Shown one piece after another: positions 21,326-31,519 of a DNA stretch of 64,000 bases. A program made the position numbers and the translations under genes. The notes beneath the pieces were generated by a model. The model searched no databases and had not been told where the DNA came from. It saw only the letters and a list, made by a program, of their open reading frames with translations. How positions within the stretch are numbered: position 1 is the stretch's first letter; every line of letters begins with the position of its first letter. The DNA comes from an uncultured Gammaproteobacteria bacterium (lineage in GTDB: Bacteria; Pseudomonadota; Gammaproteobacteria; JAURND01): NCBI GenBank assembly GCA_963714975.1, contig CAVQQD010000002.1, positions 352,001 to 416,000 of the forward strand, written 5' to 3'.

Positions 21326-22148
21326 ATGCAAGTAAACATTGATCTTTTTTTCTATGAACACCCCGTTTTTCGATACGAAGAATTTGCTTCCTGGAAAACT
21401 TCTCAAGGAGCAATTCGTGAGCATTCAATCAATACAGCCCTTCAGCATTACCTAAAAAGTGGCCGAATTATGCGCCTTCGACGAGGGTTATATGCAGTAG
21501 TGCCCCCTAATCAGTCGCCCGAAACAATGACCATTGATCCCTATCTAATAGCAGCACTAGTTGTTGAAGATAGCATACTGGCCTACCATACTGCCTTAGA
21601 GCTTCATGGGGTAGCTTATTCTGCTTTTCAAAAATTTACGTTCACAACCCAGCAAAAAATCAAGCTTTTTTTTTATTAAAAGCCAACAATTCCAGCCAGT
21701 TGCTTATCCTAGCGTATTGCGCCATCAACAAAATGAGGATTTGAGCGTAGAAATCATTAATCGCCAGGGTTTAAATATCAGGCTTACTAGTATGGCACGA
21801 ACTTTTGTCGATGTATTAGATCGTCCTGAATTAAGTGGAGGCTGGGAAGAAGTCTATCGCTCGATCAATTCCATGGTAGCATTGAATATAAACGAAGTAA
21901 TAAGGTATTGCTTGAAACTTGATAATTCACGGTTAGTGGCTAAAGTAGGATTCATTTTAGAACAACGAAAAGGAGCATTTGCAGTAACTGATCAGCAACT
22001 GGCGCCCCTATTAGCCACTAAACCAAAGTCGCCAGAATATTTGTCCCAAAGGACTCATCGGAATGGTGTTTTAATCAAAAAGTGGAACTTAATTGTACCA
22101 AAAAATATATTAAACCAATCCTGGGAAGAGCCCAATGTTGACATCTAA
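21326..22148 (+). pseudogene. abiEi: AbiEi-type antitoxin, frameshifted in a T-run near 21670
   Basis: RLRRGLYAVV, AYHTALELHG, RTFVDVLDRP; directly upstream of the AbiEii-like gene. Confidence 0.8.
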
Positions 22149-23088
22149 GCAAGAACTATTACAAACAGCTAAAGACAGTGGTTATAGACCTGAAATACTT
22201 GAAAAAATTATGCGATTACTTATGGTATTGGAACAATTTATGTTAGTACCCTATTTAAAAGATCGCCTAGTATTGAAAGGCGGGACGGCTTTAAATTTAT
22301 TTTATTTGGACCCCGTGCCACGGCTGTCCGTGGATATCGATTTAAACTATGTAGGGCAGGTTGGGCGTGAAAAAATGTTGGAAGAGCGCCCTGTAGTTAT
22401 AGATGCAATTTCTCAAATTTTGCTGCAAAACCAATTTGATCCGGAGCGTGCTCCTAATTATCACGCCGGCGGTAAGATGGTATGGCGTTATCCTAGTCTA
22501 CTGGGACAAAAAGGCAACTTAGAAATTGATTTAAACTATATGTACCGTCAACCCCTTTGGCCGTGTTCGCAAAAAATGCCAGTACTAGCCTTCAATAAAA
22601 TTTTTAGCGTCCCAGTTTTAGATATTCACGAATTAGCGGCTGGTAAGCTCTCTGCTTTGTTTTCACGACAAGCCAGTCGAGATTTGTTCGATGCTCATTC
22701 TTTATTTACAAAGTGCGCCCTAGTATCCTCTGCAACTACGCTTATCATTTGTCATTTATTTGGCAATGACATCTATCGAACTTTCTAAGTTAAAAGTAGA
22801 AATTATCAACTATGATATCGTTGATTTGCAAAATAAGTTAGTGCCAGTACTGCATCAACCCACACTTCCTCGATCACTTACAGCGCTAAGAGTATTTGCT
22901 AATAAATTGGTTAACGAATTGCATACTTGACAATACTCTTACCATTGGATGCACAAGAAACTGATTTTATTAAACAAATACGGCATAAGAATCTAATTAT
23001 TCCAGAATTAATCACTGAAGATAAATCGTTACATCAAAAGATATTAGCTCATCCAGCAATTTTATGGGCAGCTAAACAAAAAATTTAG
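22135..23088 (+). pseudogene. abiEii: AbiEii-type nucleotidyltransferase toxin, frameshifted
   Basis: LKGGTALN, RLSVDIDL, KLSAL...RDLFD; continues out of frame to HPAILW...* at 23088. Confidence 0.85.
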
Positions 23089-23252
23089 ATAGGTCTAAGT
23101 ACAAAAAATAATCTATCTTACGCATTCATAACTCGCAAGAATGGTCGGCCACAGGAGAATCCCATTTTTTGGAGGTGCAATATTTTCCAAAACGGAACAT
23201 GTGACTTTTTAGTCTAACTCGAATAAGATTTTAGTACATACCTTATTGTTTC

Positions 23253-23568
23253 GTAAGCGTTCAGTCAATTACATCTTTAAATAAAATAACTTCATCCGTA
23301 AGCTGTAGTCTTTTACCCAGGAGACCAGCTAGTGAACGCTCATCCTCAAACTCATACCGACTGGCACAAGCTTATTGAAGAATATAAAAAAAGCGGCCTT
23401 AAGCGCAGTAAATTTTGTAAAGAGAAAGGAATGCCAGTCTCTCGATTTGCTTATTATCTTCAGGCGTACAATGCCCAACAGAAGCCTGCATTTTCTCAGG
23501 TTGTTGTGCAATCACAAATTATATCAACCACAAAGATCAAAATTGATTTACCTAATTCCAGGGTATGA
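23253..23568 (+). mobile_element. IS66-family remnant (left end plus tnpA-like ORF 23332-23568)
   Basis: GTAAGCG end at 23253; WHKLIEEYKKSGLKRSKFC HTH. Confidence 0.65.
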
Positions 23569-23653
23569 AACGGTGTTTCCCGTTTACGAACGCGATCACT
23601 ACCGTCTGCCCTAAAAATTAATCTAGTAAAGCAAAATTATTATGCTTATTGTG

Positions 23654-24565
23654 TTATTGCCACCAGCCATGCGTTTGCCAATTCAATGGCAACCCCATAC
23701 CTTGTATCAGCAATAGATCATTATTTACGGATGTGATTAACTGTTCAATATTTTTTTTCCAATCAATACCATTACCATTTGCATGAATTAATTGTTTAAG
23801 AATAACCAATACTACAAAGAAATTATCGTTTTTTAGATTCTTGGGTAATAATTTTTGTTTATTCGCTAGGCCTTGTAAATTGGGACGAATGGCTAATTTC
23901 CTATTCCAAAGCCTTGAGTGATGGGCACAAATATTTCTAACATAGGTTAATACATGTAACCAGTCGGCTAATGTTTTTGGATGTAGGTCATATATTGCTG
24001 CAATGGGATATTTATCTTTATGATGTAGTCCATTAAAACCTAGATAATAAGCCAAAAGACATTATTTCAGTGGCCATCCATACTGGTAATCGAGGAAATC
24101 CGCCGTATTTATTTTTATAGTGAAGTATAAATTCTTCTTGAGAGCGTGGTGACTCTTTTTGCTCTAGTTCTTTGAGCCACTCTTCATGTTTGAATTTAGG
24201 GTGAAAATTAGCAGGAAGAATATGCGCGTAAGCACCATAGTGGTGGGCAAGATGGTAGGTGATGCGAGTACGTAAAGAGACTTCGATGCGCTCAATGGCA
24301 TCTAATACAAGTAAGGTAACTTGCGATCAAATTCATATCGCCTAACTGCTTGCTCAAATGAAGTTCCTGGAATAAAGTTATCCGAGACTTGACCTGTTTC
24401 ATCTCGTTTACGGAAAGGGAACCAATAAGCACTTAAACGATAGTAATTAATATGCGATATAACATTTAATGCATTTTGGTGGTCATCAATCTTAAGCCCA
24501 CGTGTTTGTAGTTGAGCAAGCTGTTCTTCGAAGGTTAATGCCTTTTTACTATAAGTTTTAGACAT
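23654..24565 (-). pseudogene. Abi (AbiD/AbiF) family HEPN protein with two frameshifts
   Basis: ALTFEEQL...INYYRLSAY...YEFDRKL N-terminus; RNICAHHSRLWN HEPN RxxxxH motif. Confidence 0.88.
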
Positions 24566-24589
24566 AGTTAAAGTTAGTTACATCCAGAT

Positions 24590-24648
24590 ATAAAAAACCG
24601 CCAAGGTTACGCATGGAACTAAGTTCTATAGGCGTGGCGGTTCTGTTA
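24590..24648 (-). ncRNA. abiF-type leader/antitoxin RNA hairpin
   Basis: aaccgcca-cgc-ctatagaacttagttccat-gcg-taacct-tggcggtt-tttt; nested stem with U-tract about 25 nt upstream of the Abi start. Confidence 0.7.
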
Positions 24649-24654
24649 AGGGTA

Positions 24655-24682
24655 AGTATAATCTAAGGAGACATTAAAGCAA
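24655..24682 (-). promoter_or_regulatory. sigma70-like promoter for the abiF RNA/Abi gene
   Basis: TTGCTT-N16-TATACT on the minus strand. Confidence 0.55.
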
Positions 24683-24791
24683 TATAAATTGTAATTAGTT
24701 AGCATGTTTTTCTGCAATCATTAGCCAATCTCGACCTAGCTTTTAGCTCGCCTAGGTGTGACTATACCTAAGTGGGCACTTAACACGAGGT

Positions 24792-25875
24792 TATATACTC
24801 GAAGCGTTTGAAATTTAGGCTTTATAGCGGCTCGTCTTGCGCTGATCTTCGCCCGATTCAGTAATAATTCCAATCCACAAGAAGTCAAATCTACGCTTTA
24901 AAAATTTTTAAAAAAATTAGAATAAGTGATTTATTTTTCTTATTAATTGGGTTATCATTTCTTTAAATTAAATTGAAACTTTTAGAGATGCAAGCATACT
25001 CAAAGTAATTCAAGCCAGTAATATCAAAATAGGGGGAAACTTATGGAAGATAAAAAAAGCAATTTGAAGCAGCGAAGCACGGCTAGTCTATTGCAGGAGG
25101 TATCGTCAAATATAGAGTACCCAAATAATGAAATTATCAGAGAATTATTCGAGAGAAAATTTGAAACTACAGAACAAGCCAAACAAATAATCAACGTAGG
25201 TGAGAAACTTGCCATGAGGGGCAATGTGGAGGCCCAATTCCAATTGGGATGCTGCTATGGAGCCGACAAATGGGTTAAGTATGACTCCAAAAAAATGATG
25301 AAATTCTATAAAATTAGCTGCTGATCAAGGTTTAGTAGAAGCGCAATTCAGCTGGGCCTACAACCAATGCCACTTCTGCTTACTCCCCGGGATAGAAAAC
25401 CAAAAAGAAGGGTTGAGGATGTATCTGCTTGCTGCTCTACAAGGTCATTTAAAAGCAAAGGAGAATCTACCTTATTTGAGGAAGTTCCCTAAAAATACTG
25501 ATGCAGCCTATGAGTTAGGAGTACAATTTGTTCTGGAAAAAATACATTCCACAAGTGAACAACACAAGCAATTACTAGAAAATCAATTGCGGCTTTTAAA
25601 AGAAAATTTTGATCCCCATCTTGGAAATAAAAAAATCGCAACCTTCGAAGAAGAAACAAACGCAAGTTTGTTCCAACAAAAGAATACTTTTTTTAATAGT
25701 CAAAAAGCTACAGAAGAAAAGAAGCCCATTAATCAGTCTATGGGAGGGAAAGTTAAAGAAAAAGAACTGATTGTCCCAAAGTGTTTTGGTCCGCCACCTT
25801 AGCTGAAAGTTAAGAAAATACGATGAGCAAGATGGGCCGCTATAAAGCCTAAATCTCAAACGCTTCGAGTATATA
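24792..25875. mobile_element. Segment bounded by 49-bp TA-ended inverted repeats (ERIC/MITE-like) enclosing a Sel1 gene
   Basis: 24792-24840 and 25827-25875 are reverse complements with 3 mismatches. Confidence 0.7.
25043..25802 (+). pseudogene. Sel1-repeat protein (candidate effector), frameshifted near 25310
   Basis: AMRGNVEAQFQLGCCY, out-of-frame KLAADQGLVEAQF, AALQGHLKA. Confidence 0.7.
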
Positions 25876-26048
25876 CCCATCGCCTTTGAAGGCGCTGGGT
25901 ATAATTTTTTAAATATGACTGTCGCAAGCAAATCTTGCAACAGCCACTTAAGAGGGAAAATGGCGATTTTCCCTCTTAAGAATCTCCCATCGCCTTGCCG
26001 CACTTCAAGATGCTAAAAAGACAGCATCTTGAAGTGCAATGGGTATAT
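25870..26048. repeat. ERIC-like palindromic repeats
   Basis: tatacccatcgcctttgaaggcgctgggtata and cacttcaagatgc...gcatcttgaagtgcaatgggtata hairpins. Confidence 0.6.
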
Positions 26049-26081
26049 ACTGAGCTGCACCACGAAAAAATCACACCCCAT

Positions 26082-26399
26082 TTAAATGGATTTAAACGAC
26101 TGCAAGCTGTTAATGTGCTCATATAAACTCTCAGTCAATGCGCATTGATTTTTTTCATATTCTTCGTAGCGCTGATTAATCTCTGCATGTTGATCTAATA
26201 GTAATTCTGCCGCGCCGTTAATAATAGGATTTTTGTGCTCTAACTCTTCCTCGAGATCAGAAAAAAACACCTCGAGTGTATTGGCTTTGGCATGGTCTTG
26301 ATACAGTTGCCATAAATCTTCATACCGCTCTTTAATTTTTTGAGCTTTTTTCAAAGCGAGATAATTCTCTGGAGTTTTTTCTTCTTTAAAAAGTGTCAA
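26082..26399 (-). CDS. Hypothetical coiled-coil protein
   Basis: 105-aa charged ORF; GGAG RBS upstream. Confidence 0.5.
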   Translation of the reverse strand: MTLFKEEKTPENYLALKKAQKIKERYEDLWQLYQDHAKANTLEVFFSDLEEELEHKNPIINGAAELLLDQHAEINQRYEEYEKNQCALTESLYEHINSLQSFKSI

Positions 26400-26523
26400 T
26401 TGTGTACTCCTCTATCAATATCCAAGCAATGGAGGCGCCCTCATTAACTCAGGATGCTACGGCATTCTAGCATTTGGGGCTGGAGCCAATCAATAATATT
26501 CATATTCTCAGGCTAAACAGACT

Positions 26524-26985
26524 ATGTTTTTTAAGCGACGCAAGAGTACTCAAATTTCAAGGGCAGACGTTGCGCGCAGTTATGCGCAGCATCCTTCCTT
26601 GGCGCATCGGCTGCCCTGGTGTGATTATCACGAAGCCCATCAGGTTTTTTTACTGCAAGATTTGTGCAGCCTGGGGGTTGGCTTTGAAATTACCCCCATT
26701 GCCTGTGAGGCTCGACCCCCTGAAATGTTAGAGGCGATCCATCAGTCTTTGAAAAATGCATTGCAACACGCCATTCCGTTTGAGAAGGACCACCCGTGGA
26801 TTTTGCAAATTTTTGTGCAGCGCGACACCAATTTATCTTGGGTGCTGGATAAGGTGACCCAAGCGATCCCCAAGGAGCGACGTGATACGGCTTTAGTCCA
26901 AGCCCATCTCAATACTCTAAAAACCCACTTGGATTACGTCAGTCAACCGGGTGGTATTTTCATGGATACTGATGTGACCCAATAG
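26524..26985 (+). pseudogene. N-terminal fragment of a PFGI-1-type ICE conjugative transfer ATPase (VirB4/TraC-like)
   Basis: LPWCDY, LLQD..SLGVGFEITPIACEARP, PWILQIF, PGGIFMD; ends at 153 aa. Confidence 0.75.
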
Positions 26986-27022
26986 GTCCTAGTTAGTGTC
27001 AGTGGCAGGAAGGCAAAATTTT

Positions 27023-30000
27023 TTAGAAGGAGGCATAGGAGGTAGTGCCTGTTGCCGTTGCGTTATCTCGTTTATTTTCTGCTATCTTTTTCAACACCCA
27101 ATCAATAGTATTTGAAAGATGAGGGTCCAGGAAGTAATTAGGTATTTGGGGATGACGCAAGGCATTACCTTCTGTTATTGCCTTGCGCAACCATGCGAAA
27201 AATTTTATTTGTTCTTCATTTGATACGTTATTGTCATCAAGCATTTGATTAAAATTTTCTTCTTTTTTTCCATTGGCTAACGCAGAAAGAAAATGATTTG
27301 CTAACTGATACGTCAACGGCGCATTTTCCTCTAATAATATTCTTTCGCCTTTCATGCTGTGCCACAGCGTAAATATATCTGCTTCATTTATGGGTTGTTC
27401 TGAAGTGCAATGACCCATTAAATTTTTTAATGAACCATTGCGCTGCAATAACCATGCTAATGAAAATGGGTCAGGTTCTGTTTGCGAGATATTAACCACT
27501 GTATTAATAAATTCATTATATATTATATGCAGGTCGGATAAGTTTAGGTTCTGCAGTAAACTGCGCCCATGGATTAAATTATGCTGTAATGCGTCTAAGC
27601 GATCATGTGATCCTTTCGAATAATAACATTTTAATACTTGAGCAGTAAAATACATGCATCCTTGCTTAGAAAACGTGCGAAGAGTGGATGTGATTTTCTT
27701 AGTATCGACTGAAGTAATATCTTCTTCATGTTTTATTGCTGTAATAAAACGCCGGATTGCGGTTAAATTTTCACTAAATTTCGGCAAGTTATCTTTGGAA
27801 TCTTTTTGGAAAAATGTCGTCGAACTGGTAGAACTACTCCTTCTCCTGATACTAGAGGGAGTTGTTTTAGCATCTATTGGGAGATTGGATGGTGAATAAA
27901 TTCCTCGTAATCCAGCTTCTATAGAAGCTCTTCTTTCCCTGCCACCATCAGGAGTGCTTCTAGATGCTATCGGGGGAGGAGTAACTGAATAAAGCTTTAA
28001 GGAATCGGATTCTGTAGACTTTTTTCTAGAAGTAGCTGTAGTTCTTCTTCGTTTTATTTCTTTTCCATCGGTGGACTGCAATGAAAAAGATTTAGTTCGC
28101 GGCTTTTCGGTGTGCGAAGCTAAGAAACAGTTTTTCACAGTTTCATACGTCGAACTGTATGCTTTAAGTTCATTAGATATTGATTTTAATTGTGACTCCA
28201 CGAGAGAGCAATTTTTAAAGATAATTTTAGTTTGTTGCTCATTAATCGCTTGTTTTTTTAATTTATCCGCATTTTCAAGAATTTTAGTTGTATCTCGTAA
28301 AAATTTTATATAATCATTGTGATAAGGAGAAGTGCTATGCTCGTTTGGCATAAATTCCATTCTACTATCTGAAATTTTTTTTGCTAGAGTAGCATACTCT
28401 TGCTCGGTATCTTTTATTATTTTTATTAAATCATTGATTTTTTCCTGCGGCACGGTTTTTTCCATAGTGTCGATTTTTTCTTTCTGCGAGTCATTCAATG
28501 TGGAAGAGGGTGGTGACGAAGATGGTTGCACCGAAGTTTGATCTATATCATCGGATGGAAGAGGTGGTTCCTGTGTTTTGGACTCTCGTTTAGGTGTCGG
28601 TTTTTGTTCAGTGGTTCTTGTCTCTTGCTGAGGGTTATGTTGTTTAAGGTTGGACTTATTTTTAGATTTATTTGAAAAACAAAAGTATATAAAAGCGCCT
28701 ATCCCTGCCACTACTATCAATAGGGGAACGAAAATAAAGGTGTTTTCATTTTTTGAAGTCTGGTGCTCGCTAGTTTCACCACTGTTAGGCTCAATCTGTG
28801 GATTTTCATGACACAGAAAGCTTGAATTCCTATGTGTATCGATATAATTTTCTGTCAAAGGAGTTCTATAGCGATTCACAGATTGGTCGCGTTGTGTTTC
28901 AGCATAATTCTTTAGTAATTCAATCATAGGTACTGCAATCGTAGGAGGACGTCCAGAGAATTGAAGTATACCAAGCGCTGTTTGGTCTTTCTTATTTTTT
29001 TTGTTAATAATATATGGATTTTTTCTTATTATTTTTTTAATAAAATCAACATTATGAAATAACACTGCCAGATGCAAAATAGTATCTCCGTTGTTGTTTT
29101 GTACGTTAAGATCGATCCTGTCATCAGCTAATATTAATTTAGTGATAGCTATCCTATTAACAGTTTTTACAGCATAAAATAACGCAGTTTCGCCAACATT
29201 ATCTTGCAAATTAATGTCCGTTCGAGTATTCCTTAGAATTGATTTTACTATGTTTTTTCGTCCTTTTAAGACAGCAAACATTAGTGCCGTCTGACTCTTT
29301 TTATCTTTTAGATTAGGGTTTGCACCTTTTCTCAGTATTTTTTTTATAATATCATGGGAAGCAGAATATATAGCTGCATGTAAAAGCGTATTTCCATGCC
29401 CATCTTTCAGATCTAGGTTAATTCTTTTATCATCTAACAACAAGTTAACAATATCTAAATCTAGATCTAGATTGTTTAATTTCAAAGATACAAATATAGC
29501 AGAGTGGCCATTGGGGCCAAGGATATTGATGTCAGTATGAGATTTATTCAGGAGTAGTTCTATTATGCCCCTATGTCGTTTTATAGTAGCATATATTAGC
29601 GCCGTAAAATCCATGGTATCTTTTAGGTTAGGATCAGCGCCTTTTTCCAATAATTTATCCACAATGTTTAAGTAACCATAATTTGCTGCCATCATTAATG
29701 CTGTCTCTCCTCTATTATTTTGTTTATTAATATCAGTGACTTGTTGTTCTAGTAGGTCAAAAACGATTTTTGGTTTATGATCTTCAAGTGCCTGCATTAA
29801 GGGGGTATTTCCCTTTTTATCTTCTGTTTTCGTTGATTGTTGTTGCGCATCTACTGTAGAAAAGAAGTAAGTATGTGTAGCAACAGCCAATGGTCTAATG
29901 CGCTCAGAGGGGTAAGTAGACAACTTGATGAGTTTGTTTTTTGTACGATAAATTAAGTGATCTAATGCGGCGTTAGTTTTATTCAGTAAGGTTGATTGCT

Positions 30001-30376
30001 TCACCCAGGTAATACCCAATAGGGGAAGAGAGATAGCTATATTTTTAGGGAAGGGAGACGTAGGGCCGTTAATATAATGCTTGATCCCATGTAAGCAATT
30101 GATACATAACTCGGTATCCCAGTAATCCGGTGTACGTGCAATATAATCTTGTAACGCCGTTATTAGATGTTTTACTGCGACATCATCGTTTTTTTCTATC
30201 TGGCCGTTACCTGCTATCGTATAATATTCGGAGAGTTCATCAGCGACAAATTCAACTAAAGGTTGCACATCTTCAGCGGTTAAATCTTCATTTTCCTTCA
30301 AAATAAATTTTTGTAGCTTGAGCTCATCTTCGCCGCTTAGTATAAACTTAAAAGTTGCAGGTTCACTATCTTGCAT
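27023..30376 (-). CDS. Large ankyrin-repeat membrane protein, candidate effector
   Basis: About 9 ANK repeats (GNTPLM, GETALM, GNTLLH, GETALF, GDTILH), TM helix FIFVPLLIVVAGIGAFIYFCF, coiled coil and S/T-rich region. Confidence 0.88.
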   Translation of the reverse strand: MQDSEPATFKFILSGEDELKLQKFILKENEDLTAEDVQPLVEFVADELSEYYTIAGNGQIEKNDDVAVKHLITALQDYIARTPDYWDTELCINCLHGIKHYINGPTSPFPKNIAISLPLLGITWVKQSTLLNKTNAALDHLIYRTKNKLIKLSTYPSERIRPLAVATHTYFFSTVDAQQQSTKTEDKKGNTPLMQALEDHKPKIVFDLLEQQVTDINKQNNRGETALMMAANYGYLNIVDKLLEKGADPNLKDTMDFTALIYATIKRHRGIIELLLNKSHTDINILGPNGHSAIFVSLKLNNLDLDLDIVNLLLDDKRINLDLKDGHGNTLLHAAIYSASHDIIKKILRKGANPNLKDKKSQTALMFAVLKGRKNIVKSILRNTRTDINLQDNVGETALFYAVKTVNRIAITKLILADDRIDLNVQNNNGDTILHLAVLFHNVDFIKKIIRKNPYIINKKNKKDQTALGILQFSGRPPTIAVPMIELLKNYAETQRDQSVNRYRTPLTENYIDTHRNSSFLCHENPQIEPNSGETSEHQTSKNENTFIFVPLLIVVAGIGAFIYFCFSNKSKNKSNLKQHNPQQETRTTEQKPTPKRESKTQEPPLPSDDIDQTSVQPSSSPPSSTLNDSQKEKIDTMEKTVPQEKINDLIKIIKDTEQEYATLAKKISDSRMEFMPNEHSTSPYHNDYIKFLRDTTKILENADKLKKQAINEQQTKIIFKNCSLVESQLKSISNELKAYSSTYETVKNCFLASHTEKPRTKSFSLQSTDGKEIKRRRTTATSRKKSTESDSLKLYSVTPPPIASRSTPDGGRERRASIEAGLRGIYSPSNLPIDAKTTPSSIRRRSSSTSSTTFFQKDSKDNLPKFSENLTAIRRFITAIKHEEDITSVDTKKITSTLRTFSKQGCMYFTAQVLKCYYSKGSHDRLDALQHNLIHGRSLLQNLNLSDLHIIYNEFINTVVNISQTEPDPFSLAWLLQRNGSLKNLMGHCTSEQPINEADIFTLWHSMKGERILLEENAPLTYQLANHFLSALANGKKEENFNQMLDDNNVSNEEQIKFFAWLRKAITEGNALRHPQIPNYFLDPHLSNTIDWVLKKIAENKRDNATATGTTSYASF

Positions 30377-30616
30377 AATCCCTACCTCACAATGGCATCA
30401 CCAAAAAATCTTGGTTTTACCCCAAAAAAAAGGGGGGGGGGCATTTTTAATAAACTAATAACAATGAGACTATACTATCATAATGTAAAGCCTGGCAAGG
30501 TTTGGAATGATGGTGTATTATACCAGTCCACCCAAGTGGCGAGCAGCTAAACATGATATTAGACATCGTCCTACTTTCAAGGTTGCAATTCGCCTTCACT
30601 ATATTTAGCAGAGGTT

Positions 30617-31222
30617 TTGCAAAAGCCCGAGCTGGTCGCTAGCAATAAAACTTTACAAGTGGGTTCGCGCACCACCGCAATGCGTACAAACAAAGCCTGT
30701 GTGCATCCCGATCTGTCGAAAATCACTGATCCTTATGTTAAAGCCTCGGTAGAATTGCAGCGCGTCTTTGGTTTGCGGCGCGAAGAATCGCTCAAAATCA
30801 AACCCCATCTGGCCGATCAAGGAAATAAATTATCATTACTCGGTTCTTGGTGTAAAGGCAATCGCAGTCGCGAGATTCCGATTCGCACTGAAGAGCAACG
30901 CCGGTGTTTAGATCAAGCCAAAGGCTTGCTACCCACGCCCAATCAATCGTTAATTCCCGAAGCTAAAAGTTATATTCAACATCGCTATGTCTACGATAAA
31001 CAATTACAACGCGCCGGCATAAAATCTCATGGCTTACGTTATGCGTATGCGCAACAACGTTATTTCGAACTCACCGGTTGGCTCGCCCCGATTGCCGGTG
31101 GTCCAAAATTTCGCGACATGAACTATACGGAACAAAATCAGGATATTCGTGCCAGGATGATACTGACCGAGGAGCTGGGACATAGTCGCATCCAAATAAT
31201 ACAAGCGTATTGTGGAAAGTAA
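30617..31222 (+). pseudogene. Tyrosine integrase-domain protein lacking its N-terminus
   Basis: FGLRREE, HGLRYAYAQ, ELGHSR...AY. Confidence 0.8.
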
Positions 31223-31350
31223 GTTGTTATGCAAAGTTACTGGAAAATAATTTTCCAACCTATTCCTATAAATTCTATACTTCTCTTCGCATGATTACCA
31301 AGAACGATACAGAATTTTTTATACCACAACGTGTTTTTGTTGCTCAAATA

Positions 31351-31519
31351 CACGCTGCGATGCAATTTTTTGATCACCTAATTTTTTTCTAGATTGAGGT
31401 TTACTTAAACTATCTCGATTGATATGCTACTTTCCTTGCGTTTCATTCTTAATCCCCAGATTAGCTATTCGCTGCGGCTCCAATCCAATGAACACGATAA
31501 CAAAAAAGGAGAGCACCCC
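31351..31519 (+). repeat. Upstream region duplicated before both kinase genes (copy 1; copy 2 at ~33579-33741)
   Basis: Shared ctgcgatg.aattttttga...ggtttacttaaacta.ctcgattgatatgctac...ttcttaatccc.agattag. Confidence 0.85.

Noticed and set aside
25596-26003. 135-aa minus-strand ORF
   Set aside because: Antisense to the Sel1 gene and built from repeat sequence
31424-31519. Longer N-terminus for kinase 1
   Set aside because: The paralog and the RBS support ATG 31520; the extension lies in the duplicated non-coding leader
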